The notes below the pieces were generated by a model. It worked only from the letters and a program-made list of their open reading frames with translations, had not been told where the DNA came from and did not search any database. From assembly GCA_951406725.2 (NCBI GenBank), contig OX597815.1:144398001-144462000 (forward strand): a DNA stretch of 64,000 nt, given 5' to 3'. Shown in pieces: positions 1 through 11,819 of this stretch. How positions within the stretch are numbered: position 1 is the first letter of the stretch; the number at the start of each line of letters is the position of its first letter. The position numbers and the translations under genes were made by a program. Origin of the DNA: Octopus vulgaris (lineage: Eukaryota).

Positions 1-519
1 ACCAGTCATTATCTTAATATTATAATCATTAGATGTGCGTGTATCTTGACATCACATCATCATCTAACGTCCATTTTCCATGCTGGCATGGGTCACACTC
101 AGCTCCATTTCTCTCTTTTGGCTTGGTTTCTGCAGCTGGATCACTTTTCTAATGCCAACCACTTTATAGAGTGTACTATGTGCCTTTTAGGTGGCACTAA
201 CACCAGTGCAAAACCATGTCTGGCCATGGGAAAATTTAATCTTGCTTGGAAATGGTTGAGGGTTGGTGACAGGAAGGGTGTCCAATTATAGAAAATCTGC
301 TTCAAATTTACTCAGGCCCATGCAAGCGTGCACAAGGTGGACATTTGGATTCACCGTTTTTATAGTTGTCTTCCATGATACACTATTTTAAAACAGCAAC
401 AAACATAACCATGTGTAATGTATGATTATAGGGCATCACTTAAAAGACATCTCGTGTAGCAACATTGAATTGCTTCAATCTATAGCTCATTTACACAATG
501 GATCACCCTCCTCTGCTTG

Positions 520-930
520 CATCATCATCGTTTAACGTCCACTTTCCATGCTAGCATGGGTTGGACGATTTTGACTGAGGGCTGGCGAACCAGATGGTTG
601 CACCAGGCTCCAATCTTGATGTGGCATGGTTTGTACAGCTGGATGCCCTTCCTAGCGCCAACCACTCCAAGAGTGTAGTGGGTGCTTTTTACGTGCCACC
701 GGCACGGGGGCCAGTTGGGCTGTACTGGCAATGACCTCGCTCAAATCCTTTTACACATGCCACCAGCACAGGTGCCAGTAAGGCGACTTTGGTAACGATC
801 ATGCTCGAATGGTGCCCTTTTACATGCCAATGTGTCCAAAGAAGGAAAAGGTTATGCATAAGTTGGCTGGTTACGCCCTGGCATAGGCCATGAGATTATG
901 GTTTCATTTGGCTTGCCAGGTCTTCTCACA
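520..930 (-). mobile_element. 5'-truncated RTE LINE 3' UTR copy with (ATG)n tail
   Basis: Family motif gagtggttggcgctaggaagggcatccagctgta...gacgttaaacgatgatgat on the minus strand; the same family is contiguous with an RTE ORF end at 48640. Confidence 0.75.
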
Positions 931-2416
931 AGAAATATCAAACTTGTTTTCATTTATTAACTCTACTTTTCTCTTAACTCCACAGCATATACTGATAAAT
1001 GACCTACAGTGTACTTCATAACTCTTTCTGTTTTTACACACACACACACACTCTATCCATCTATCATACGTATCATGCTTCATTCATATCAACAACTCAG
1101 GAGTAGAAACATACCGACACAACACACACATACAAAACATATTTTCATATCTTATCTCTCTTGACTCAATAAATCAGAACACAAATTCTCTCTCGTATGC
1201 ATAAATCAAGTCTCAAACATTATCTCCCTTGAATGGAAAACACTCTTCTGGCTGAAAAGCACCTTTTCTTTCTAACTCTTTGTCCTCCATTTCTTCACTG
1301 CAAATCATTATTCTCACTAAACTTTGTTTTTTTCTCGTTAAAAGATCTACAGTTCAAAGTTCTCCCCTATGTCTTTTTTTTTTTTTTTACATCATGAAGT
1401 TAATTAGCTTGTATCCATCTCTTGTTTTTGTTGTTTAATTATTTTCCTTTTCTGCAACCTTTTAAATATATTATCCTACACTGATATAGTTCTGCCTTTG
1501 AATTATATGGGATTGAATTAATAAGGGTATGCCATCTTATTTATTAGAGAACCTCACTGGTGTATGGCTTTTCACAAGAAGCAACATTGGATTGGTCTCT
1601 CAATACTGACTTCACCTTTCATGTGAGAAGACAGTAACCATATCACCTGGAGATGTAAAATTCTAATTACCAATTGATTTCATTTAATATCTTCAACAGC
1701 ATGCTACTAGCCAGAAAATTTCCTAATAGTTAGTGAAGTAAGACTGATCTTTCTGAAGAAAATTGGTGTTTGATGGGTTCTGTTCAGTGAGCAGATCACT
1801 GACAATATTCTTCAGTGTATTGCCAGAAGAGTATTTTGGGCAACTCTTCTGAAACCAACAATCGAATGGAAGTTTATTAATGTTGCTGTTAAAACATTTT
1901 TTCTGCACCACTTGACAGATACAGGCGTGGTCATTTGGTAAGAAGCTTGCTTTCCAACCACATGGTTCTGGGTTCATCTTCAGATTCCGTTAGAGTAGAT
2001 GAAAATATGTGATTTGTAAAAACATAACATCATATTTGTATATGTACAACCATCCAGATCTCTGAATACCTTATTTTTTCTAATATACATCCATATATAT
2101 AAACACATAAGTACATACGTACATATATATATATATATATATATACACGTGTTTGTGTGTTCCCAACCACTGCCTGACGACCAGTTTCATTGGTGTAGTT
2201 TAGCAGTTTGGCAAAAGAGATCGACAGAACAAGTGCCAGTCTTAAAAATATAGAAAGTGGGGTAAATTCATTTTGACTAAAATTCTTCAAGGTGGTGCCC
2301 CAGCATGGCCGCAGTCTAATAACTGAAACAAGTTAAAAGTAAATAAATAACAGGGTTAACAATGTTGATGATTCGATGTAGTTTTCTTAGATCTGGTCGA
2401 AGCTGTCCAAATTGTT

Positions 2417-2595
2417 CCTGGCTTGCTTCTTCTCACCTGTATCTTCAGGCCTGGGCTTGCTTCTTCTCACCTGTATTTTCAGGCCTGGGCTTGCTTCTTC
2501 TTACCTGTATCTTCAGGCCTGGGCTTGCTTCTTCTTACCTGTATCTTCAGGCCAGGGCTTGCTTCTTCTCGCCTGTATTTTCAGGCCTGGGCTTC
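2417..2595. repeat. 34-bp minisatellite, ~5.3 copies
   Basis: Unit cctgggcttgcttcttctcacctgtatyttcagg starts at 2417, 2450, 2484, 2518, 2552 and 2586. Confidence 0.95.
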
Positions 2596-2709
2596 AGTCA
2601 GTTGTTGGAATTGTTTTGTTTCTTGCCATAAAGTGAAAAATAATGGATCTTTGTAGTTATTGCCACTGTCTACAGTTTTGTTCCAATTGTTTTCAAATTT
2701 GGTATATGG

Positions 2710-3200
2710 ATTAAGTGTTGTATACTCATTATGAAAATGAAATTTGTTTTCCTCATAAATTCATAATTAAAAAGTTATTAGCTGTTAAATTTTGCAAAAG
2801 TTGGGTATTTTAGCCAATCAGAAGCGAATATTTTACACATCACTATGAAATTCTGTTAGCATAGTAAACAAAGAAGCATCACATGTTCCATGGCTGATTG
2901 TGAAGAACTGTTTCCATAGTAACCGACGATGCTGTGCATGCGCACACGTTCTATAATTGTTTGTTTTCATAACAGTAGGAATTCTATTCTAGAATGTGTT
3001 TTAATGTTTACTGCAGCTAGTTTAAAATTTTGCCTCCACCCTTTCTCACTACTGTGACAAATGATGGAAGAGGTAGCAAATGCGTCGTTTTCTGATTGGG
3101 TGAAAATTCTGAAAATTATCAAACTTTGAGTACCTGTGACATTTTCACAAAATTTTTCTGGAATAAATAACAAATTCAGATTCAGTATCAGAAATCACAT
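2710..3200. mobile_element. Probable degenerate MITE / non-autonomous DNA transposon
   Basis: Imperfect inverted segments (tagccaatcagaa ~2811 vs ttctgattgggtga ~3089; aaatttgttt ~2740 vs aacaaatt ~3169). No clear TSD. Confidence 0.35.
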
Positions 3201-3210
3201 CTGTATGATA

Positions 3211-3433
3211 CTCTTTACTTTCTCTTTACTCTTTTACTTGTTTCAGTCATTTGACTGCGGCCATGCTGGAGCACTGCCTTTAGTCGAGCAAATCGACCCC
3301 GGGACTTATTCTTTGTAAGCCCAGTACTTATTCTATCGGTCTCTTTTGCCGAACCGCTAAGTAACGGGGACATAAACACACCAGAATCGGTTGTCAAGCA
3401 ATGCTAGGGGGACAAACACAGACACACAAACAT

Positions 3434-3490
<57 letters not shown>

Positions 3491-3655
3491 TACGACAGGC
3501 TTCTTTCAGTTTCCGTCTACAAAATCCACTCACAAGGCTTTGGTCGGCCCGAGACTATAGTAGAAGACACTTGCCCAAGGTGCCATGCAGTGGGACTGAA
3601 CCCGGAACCATGTGGTTGGTAAACAAGCTACTTACCACACAGCCACTCCTGCGCC
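3211..3655 (-). mobile_element. tRNA-derived SINE, family A (full length)
   Basis: Head GGCGCAGGAGTGGCTGTGTGGTAAG...GGTTCAGTCCC (A/B-box-like), CORE-like ccttgggcaagtgtc, internal (TA)n(TG)n tract, tail ggtgctccagcatggccgcagtcaaatgactgaaac. Many other copies in the window. Confidence 0.9.
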
Positions 3656-4860
3656 TATATACATTAAATTTTTTTACTGATTTCAACATGCAGTGATGAA
3701 AATCTCAAAGATCCAAAATAACAATTCACAAATTAGAAGAGATAAGAATAAAGCCTTCAGAGATGTTGTTTCTTGAGATTATACTTTCAGCACTACCTAT
3801 CTGTTCCTGGTTTCAGTCAGGAGACTGTGGCCATGCTGGAGCACCGCCTAGAAGAACTTTTAGGTGAATAAATTGACATCAGGACATATTTTTATGCCTA
3901 GTGCTTATTCCATCTCTTTTCCAAACAGCTAAGTTATAGGGACATAAGCACACCAATACCAGTCATCAAGCAGTGGTGGAGGACAAAAACAGACACAGAC
4001 ACACATGTATGATAAGCTTCTTTCAGTTTCCCTCTACCATATCCACTCACAAGGCTATAATGCGGTAATGATAGAAGATACTTGCCCAAGGTGTCATGCA
4101 GTGGGACTCAACCTGGAACCATGTGGTCAAGCAGTAAACTTCATACCACACAACCATAGCTGCACCTATTTCATAGATTTTTTTAAAGGTTATTTTTTAA
4201 TCCAGGGAGAACCATCTCATGTTCACATTTTAAGGAGAATAATTGAAATAAGAGGGAGAAAATAACAAACAATTCTTAATGGAAAATGTTGCTGCCATTA
4301 CTGTTTCTGGTTTTATTTCATGTTTTATTTTAAAGGAGAGTGGGTGGGGTATATTTATTTGGTAGAATTATTTTCTCTCTTGATCGGTCCTTCTTTGGCC
4401 ATAAGGGTTCAAATATGGTATTGAGGAGGGGCTGTTCTATATCAATAGAACCTTTATTATCCGAAATAGAAATTTAATCACTGTCATTTTCAATAAATTA
4501 AAAGTGAAAAAAAAAAGATACCATTTACAGTTAAATATTGACTCTTTTTGTTGAAAATCTTTTAAAAAAAATCTATTCTTCATTTGCATAGACATAATGG
4601 TAGAAAAAGAAGAGAAAATACAATCTGAAAATTGTTTTTCTTTTCTCTTGAGAGAGGCATTTCCTGGAACTGTTTATACACAATCATAATAATTCTTCTT
4701 TCAATATTGCATTTTTAATATGTATACTTTTTTTTTGTTTAAAAAAAAATCTTTGATAAAAAATTTCATTTAAATTAAAACAATGTTCTGAAAACACTCG
4801 TCCACTCAACCACATTTTACGCACACACTTGAGACGCAATCATACAACACTGGTAAACGT

Positions 4861-6007
4861 TTAGGCTGTGATTTCATCAGCAGAAATCTCACCAGGTTTG
4901 GGGAGATGTAGATGTTCGTTTACACTCTGTTCACTAATATTACTGAGTTGTTCCTTCTCTGTTGAGCCACCTCGAAATTCACTGCTGCACTGTTGATAGT
5001 TGTACTGTATTGCCTGAGAATCCTCGTTGTTGCTGTTATTGTTTGCGTCTTTGTTAGTCTCTCTATAATAACGTTCTTCCCCTGAATCACATGGATGGTG
5101 ATCATCATGCTCTGCAGGATGACGATGTCTGTTTAATTCATCTGACTCCTCGCCTTCGATGTCGTAATAAAACCTCCCTTTCCTCTCATCATCAGAACCC
5201 CCATCGATGTAATGTCTCTGAGGACGTTGTCTACATTCACGATCACCACTTCTGTCTGACAAATCCTCTTCAAACTCTCTTGGTGGTTCACTAAATTCAC
5301 CATTTTCATTTTCAATATCATAGTTTAAGTCAGGATTCTGCTGATAGTAATTTTCTTGTAGCTCAAAGTGTTCCTCATCACTGACTTCTTCTTCTCCCTG
5401 GCTGCCATAAAATTGTTCATGTTTTTGTCTGGGCATTCGCTGTTCAAACTCTGAATCCTCCATATCTAATCTATCCTCCTCACTCCTGTAATGGACTTCC
5501 TGTTCAGACGTTGACTTTGAGCCGGACCGAGATCTTTCTGATTGCCGTAATCTTCTTCGTCTGCGATTCTCCTCTTCTTCCTCATCTTCCTCATCCGGTG
5601 ACACATATTCTAAATCACCCATGACATCTTCATCTTCAAGGAGTCTAGCATTTCTATGCATGTTCTCTTTACCTCCACGAGGATGACCCTCATCATCATC
5701 ATCATCATCTTCATCATCACGATCACCATGGTCATTATGATGATCATAGTCATCATGATCATCGGTCTCGTCATCACCGTAGTTTCGACGCCTGCCTCTA
5801 TTTCCTTCACCTTCATCATCATCGTCAGCATCATCGTCGTCATTGTCATCATCTTCCTCATCACTGTTGTCTGCTTGAGAACATGAAGCTGCAACATCTT
5901 CCAGCATTGCCTTGATCGTAGAAAAGTCGGTGGGTTCTACTAAGTCAAGTGGTCTTTCTCCATTGTCTGTGAGTATTTGTCTGTCAGCACCTTGTGCCAA
6001 GAGGTAC
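4861..6007 (-). CDS. Terminal coding exon of an ankyrin-repeat protein (PP1 regulatory subunit PPP1R27/PPP1R12-like) with long Asp/Glu-rich tail
   Basis: Acceptor tttcag|G at 6010-6008 (phase 2, R|YLL). The exon reads YLLAQGADRQILTDNGERPLDLVEPTD, a C-terminal ankyrin repeat resembling the last repeat of PPP1R27/MYPT-type proteins, and stays open to the TAA at 4861-4863. The first 17 aa of the 4861..6060 ORF are intronic. Confidence 0.85.
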
Positions 6008-6162
6008 CTGAAAGTATATAAAAGGGGAAAAAAAGGCAACATTGAGTATTGTGACAACAAAAGTTAAGGGAGAAGTAATATATTTAATACAAGGAACATT
6101 TAAAAAAAACCTCCAGCTATTTAAAGAATAAGTCTATGGTGAGATAAAACAATATTAATCTA

Positions 6163-6503
6163 GAAAATCACTATTTGTAAAACGTGAGATATTCAGCAAC
6201 AGTACTTTGTAGTAAAGCTTATTTGCCAACATAACATGGCAGTCCTGGTTTAGGACGAATGTTGCTGTAATTTAGCCCCAGGAGACATCATCTAGCCGAA
6301 CAATTATTCTGTGCTGATGAAGAGAAATAACCTGGAAATCGCGATACACAAATATTGTTTTGTGCTAGATTCCCTTGTTCAAAAATATAAGGACACAGAT
6401 TGTATCGTATAGCCAGCTGGGGACGATGTCTCCTGGGGCTAAATTACAGCAACATTCATCCTAAACCAGAACTGCCATGTTATGTTGGCAAGGAAGATTT
6501 ACT
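6163..6503. mobile_element. Penelope-like inverted-repeat insertion with hammerhead-like core
   Basis: 14-bp TSD acaatattaatcta (6149-6162 / 6504-6517); ~86-bp inverted arms 6207-6292 / 6422-6507; spacer contains CTGATGA...GAAAtcgcgaTA (6314-6346). Confidence 0.65.
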
Positions 6504-7516
6504 ACAATATTAATCTAATATAATTTTAATTTATTTCTATTTGTAAGTGCAGGCATGGCTGTGGTTAAGGAGCTTGTGTTTTGGGTTCAGTCTTATTGTA
6601 CGGCACCTTAGTCAAGTGAATGGCTTTTGTAGATGGAAACTGACTGGCTCCCCGTGCCGGTAGCATGTAAAAAGTACCATCCGAATGTGGTCAATGCCAG
6701 CACCCCCGACTGGCTCCTGTGCTGGTGGCACATAAAAAGCACCATTTGAATGTGGCTGATGCCAGTGTCACCTGGCTGGCTCCCATGCTGGAGACACATA
6801 AAAAGCACCCACTACGCTCTTGGAGTGGTTTGCGTTAGGAAAGGCATCCAGCTGTAGAAACATTACCAGATCAGATTGAAGCCTAGTGCAGCCTCCTGGC
6901 TTGCCAGTCCCCAGTCAAACCGTCCAACCCGTGCCATCATGTAAGTTGTGTTTGTTCCACCCCATTGCTTGACAACTAGTGTTGGTTTGTTTACATTTCC
7001 ATAACTTAGCAGTTTGGCAAAAGAGACATAGAAGAGCACTGGGGTTTATTTGTTCAACTAAACTCTTCAAGACAGTTCCTCACCATAACTGCAGCCCCAT
7101 TTCTTAAATGAATAAATAAAAGAATGTAGGGGAGACAAATCTGGATATGTTTTGATCTTATTAAACCTCCCTAGTGATGTATATACTTCAGCATACTTGT
7201 TGAAGTAGTAATGAGAGAACCACTAAGAATGGATTAAACAAAAGCAACATGCTGATATATGATAGTAAAGCAGCTAACATTATGGGCGTTCTGTTGATAT
7301 TTTATCTGGAGATAAAAGAAGTTTGGAAATTCTCCATGTAAAAGAAATAGATATAAACATTAGTAGATAAATGGGTACCTTGTTAATGCATGTTCTTCAA
7401 AAAGAAAATTGTATGAGAAAGACATAGTAAAATATGAATGAAAACAGTTCACTAAGATGATGATGATGATAATAATAATAATAATAATTATTATTATTAT
7501 TATTTTTATTATTATT

Positions 7517-8150
7517 AGGGCAGTGAGCTCTCAGAATTGTTAACACATCAGTCAAAATGCTTAGTAGCATTTCATCTGTCTTTACATCCTGAGTTCAAAT
7601 TCTATCGAGGTCTACTTTGCCTTTCATCTTTTTGGGGTTGATAAATTAAGAATATGCGAAACACTGGGGGTCGATGTAATGACTTATCCCCTCCCCCAAA
7701 ATGGCTGCCCTTGTGGCAAAATTTGAAACCATTATTATTTTTGTTATTAAGGTGGTGAGCTGGCAGAATCATTAGCATGTTGGATGAAATGCTTAGCAGC
7801 ATTTCTTCCAGCTCTTTATGTTCAGAGTTCAAATGCTGCCAAAGTTGACATTGCTTTTCATTCTTCCAGGGTTGATAAAATTAGCACTGGGGTTCGTGTA
7901 AACAACTAAACCCCTTCCTTGAAAATTTTAGGCCTTATGTCTTTAGTACAAAGGATTATTCTCATTATTATTATCATAAGGTATGCTGGGCGAAATGTTT
8001 CGCGGTATTTCGTTGACTTTGCCTTTCATCTTTTCAGGGTCGATTAAATAAATACCAGTAATGCACTGGGGTCGATGTAATCGACATAATCCCTTTGTCT
8101 ATCCTAGTTTGTCTCCTCTGTTTAGCCCCCTGTGGGCAATAAAGAAATAA
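7517..8150 (+). mobile_element. Three tandem tRNA-derived SINEs, family C, inserted in (ATT)n
   Basis: Repeated ggtgagctggcagaatc...gagttcaaatt...gactttgcctttcatc...ctggggtcgat units separated by (ATT)n. Confidence 0.8.
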
Positions 8151-8167
8151 TTATTATTATTGTTATT

Positions 8168-8402
8168 GAGTGAGAGAGGAGTGCATGCCATCAAAGTGAC
8201 ACTGGGATAAAATATATGAAGCCCAGTATACCCATCATGATTGCTTGTCTGCTAAGGGTACACCAGGTACATGCATCACAACCATATGTGCGCGACATTG
8301 TGATCTCGTATCAAGATAAAGAGTAGATGACCTTGCAGGTGGGGCCCTGTTAAAATTTTCTTCAGGTCAAGTAACCCATCCTGCTCAAAAGGTCCTTGAA
8401 TA
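8168..8402. repeat. Interspersed repeat family D (partial)
   Basis: gagagagcagtgcatgccatcaaagtgacactggg... shared with 15190, 15775 and 59068. Confidence 0.8.
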
Positions 8403-11400
8403 AGTAGCTTGCTCCCCAACAACATGGATCCGGGTTCAGTCCCACTGTGTGGTACCTTGGGCAAGTGTCTTCTACAATAGCCTCAGGCCAACCAAAGCCT
8501 TCTGGGTGGATTTGGTAGACAGAAACTGAAAGAAGCCTGTCGTATGTGTGTGTATGTATATATGTATATATATATATATATATATATGTATAATGTATTT
8601 GTGTATCTGTATTTGTCCCCCACCATCACTTGACAACCGATGTTGGTGTGTTTACGTCCCCATAACATTAGCGGTTCGACAAAAGACACCGATAGAATAA
8701 GTACTAGGCTTACAAAAAGAATAAGCGTAAACTGAGATTATCTTTTTAATACGTAAAAATCTCCAAGGGACGTTTGAAATCTAAGAGCAAGGGAGGTAAC
8801 TCCAAGATACCCTTACAAAATTTTCAATCAGCTGCCCTTATAGAAGTTACTTCCCTTGAATATTGTATATTTTGAGATTTTAAGCACCACAAGGAGATTT
8901 TTGTTAAATAATTGCGTGGCTAATCTTGAGTAATCAAAGTTTTCCCCATCATTTCATTACAAATATAAGACCTCATATTTCTATTTTACGGCTTTGTGCC
9001 AACACCACCACCGTTCTTGACAATTCTATCTCCGTCTCTAAGTATATCTGATATTACGTTACATGTTAACCCGTCGAGAAATTCCATATCGTTATCATAC
9101 AGACGCCATAACTTTTACCAAGATGGGTACAATATCACCAATTAATGCCAGTCTACACATTGCTTCAGCAGTAGATATTCCTGTAATGTGCACACACCAA
9201 ATTTACCGTTTACACAGTTTTAGAATCTGCATTTATTGCACAATATTCTGGCAATTTTTGGCTTGCCTAGCAATGATTTATTTTCAACAAGTTCACAACA
9301 GACACTCGACACCTCAGTCTTCTTTTCGTTTTTCCAGCTGCGGTAGCCATGTATCTCCTCTACAGCAAAGCAACTGTTCCTATCCTCCCATGATGGCTCT
9401 TTGCTTCTCAATACATGGCATAAGCCATTTTCCTCAATACTTCACCCACTTCAATGCAAGGATGGGTATGTTGTCTTGTGAGCCACTTGGCAACCTCACT
9501 GGTGCTGGTGCCACATAAAAAGCACCCAGTACACTCTGTAAAGTGGTTGGCATTAGGAAGGGCATCCAGCTGTAGAAATCATATCGAAAGAGACAATGGA
9601 GCTCGACATTGTTGACCTGTGGCATTCTGTAAAACTATCCAACCCATGCCAGAATGGAGTACAGGTGATGATTCCTCTGTGAGTAGCAGATGTTGACCCA
9701 GCACTCCTTGTTAAGAAGGTTGGCCATTTTGCTCTCATAAAGCATCTTTTGCTTTGCATTTTTACTCATTTCAACCATTAAGACTGCGGCCACGCTGGAG
9801 CATCCCTTGAATGGATTGAGTGCAGTATGTACTTTTTTAAAGCCTGGTGCTTATTCTATAAATCTCTTTTGCTGAACCACGAAGTTACGGAGATGTAAAT
9901 ATACCAACACCAGTTATCAAGCAGTGGTAGGAGACAAACACACACATGCATAGGTATATACTTATGCATATATGTGATGGGCTTCTTTCAGTTTCCATCC
10001 ACCAAATTCACTCACAAGGCTTTGGTTGGCCTGAGGCAATAGTAGAAGACACTTGCCTAAGGTGCCATGCAGTGGAACTGAACCCAGAACCATGTGGTTT
10101 GGAAGCAAGCTTCTTACCACACAACAAATCCTGTGCCTGTATTATCAGTCAGTACAATGTTTGTTTGCTCTTCCCAGTCCAGTCTATGTCCTGCATGTGC
10201 ACCTTCAATGAGGTGCATGTGCACCTTTAATGAGGTGCATGTGCACCTTTAATAAGTTGTAGTGCACCTGAGCACTATACACAATAATTTCATGATTATC
10301 ATTACTATTAAGAAACAGTCAAGTGAGGTCATTGCCAGTGTCACAGCGTTACCTTACTGGCACTTGTGCTGGTGGCACGCGAAAAAAAAACATTCGAGTG
10401 AGGTCGTTGCTAGTGCTGCTGGACTGGCTCCTGTGCAGGTGGCGTGTACAAAACACCATTTGAGTATGGCCGTTGCCAGTACCGCCTGACTGACCCTCAT
10501 GCCAGTGGCATGTAAAAGCTCCCACTATACTCTCAGAGTGGTTGGCATTAGGAAGGGCATCCAGCTGTAGAAACTCTGCCAGATCAGATTGGAGCCTGGT
10601 GCAGCCATCTGGTTTGTCAGTCCTCAATCAAATCGGCCAACCCATGCTAGGATGGAAAGCGTCCTTTCAGGGTCAATAAAAGTCATATGTACTGGGGTTG
10701 ATATAGGTTCACCCCTCCCTTCAAAATTTCTGGCCTCATACCAAAATCAGAAATAAAACAAAATGATGATGGTGTATCAAAATCCAATAATGGAGGTATC
10801 ATCATCATCATCATTTAACGTCCGCTTTCCAGCTTGAAAACCTTTAGAAAATGTATGTAACCCCTTTTCTAAGATCATAAATCCATGTGTATATATGCAT
10901 ATATTTTGGTAATTTTCCTTTCTAATAGGCCTGAAATTTTGGGTGAGAGGAAGAGGCGATTAAATTGACCCCAGTGTTCAACTGGTACTTATTTTATCAA
11001 CCCTGGAAAGATGAAAGGCAAAGTCGACCTTGGCAGAATTTGAACTCAGAACATAGCGATGGGCGAAATACTGCTAAGCATTTCGTCTAATGTGCTAATG
11101 ATTCTGCCAGCTTTGTTGCCTTATATATCTTGGTAATTTGGAATAGGAATATACATCTAAAACACTTGTGAAAGTAGGCAGAGCATTTATTGTAGAAAAT
11201 AAAATAACATAGAATAATGAGGGAATCATTAGCAAAAATATATTGTACATATTTAAATAATCAAATCTGTATAACATTTTGGCAAGTGGGAAATACAATT
11301 TTCTTATTTTCCTGTTATTTTGGCAATTTTACTTACATTCTCATACTCTCATTAGCAACCTTCTTCATCATGTACAGTTTTTCCAACAACAGCTCTGTCC

Positions 11401-11434
11401 TTATTGATGGTTCAGGTACTCTAGTATACATCTT

Positions 11435-11819
11435 ACTCTCTTTACTCTTTTACTTGTTTCAGTCATTTGACTGTGGCCATGATGGAGCACTACCTTTAGT
11501 CCAGCAAATCGACCCCAGGACTTATTCTTTGTAAGTCTAGTACTTATTCTATCAATCTTTTTTGCTGAACCGCTAAGTTACGGGGAGGTAAACACACCAG
11601 CATCGGTTGTCAAGCGATGTTGGGGGGACAAACACAGACACACAAACATATATGTATGACAGGCTTCTTTCAGTTTCTGTCTACCAAATCCACTCAGAAG
11701 GCTTTGGTCGGCCTGAGGCTATAGTAGAAGACACTTGCCCAACGTGCCACACAGTGGGACTGATCCTGGGACCATGTGGTTGGTAAGCAAGCTGCTTACC
11801 ACACAGCCACTCCTATGCC
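11435..11819 (-). mobile_element. tRNA-derived SINE, family A
   Basis: Same head, body and tail as 3211-3655, with a shorter internal microsatellite. Confidence 0.9.

Noticed and set aside
2362-2656. Three overlapping repetitive ORFs / CRISPR-like appearance
   Set aside because: A 34-bp tandem unit with no spacers, not a multiple of 3, in eukaryotic context.
3391-3696. Recurrent ORFs with YQIHSQG / [16 protein letters not shown], here and many times elsewhere
   Set aside because: Translations of the non-coding family A SINE, not a zinc-finger gene family.
5091-5897. Alternative-frame and antisense ORFs (Met-rich, Ile-rich)
   Set aside because: Shadows of the GAT-rich acidic exon.
8950-9320. 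Possible very old DNA-transposase remnant (GGVG-like stretch on the minus strand)
   Set aside because: No intact catalytic motif can be read; too decayed to call.
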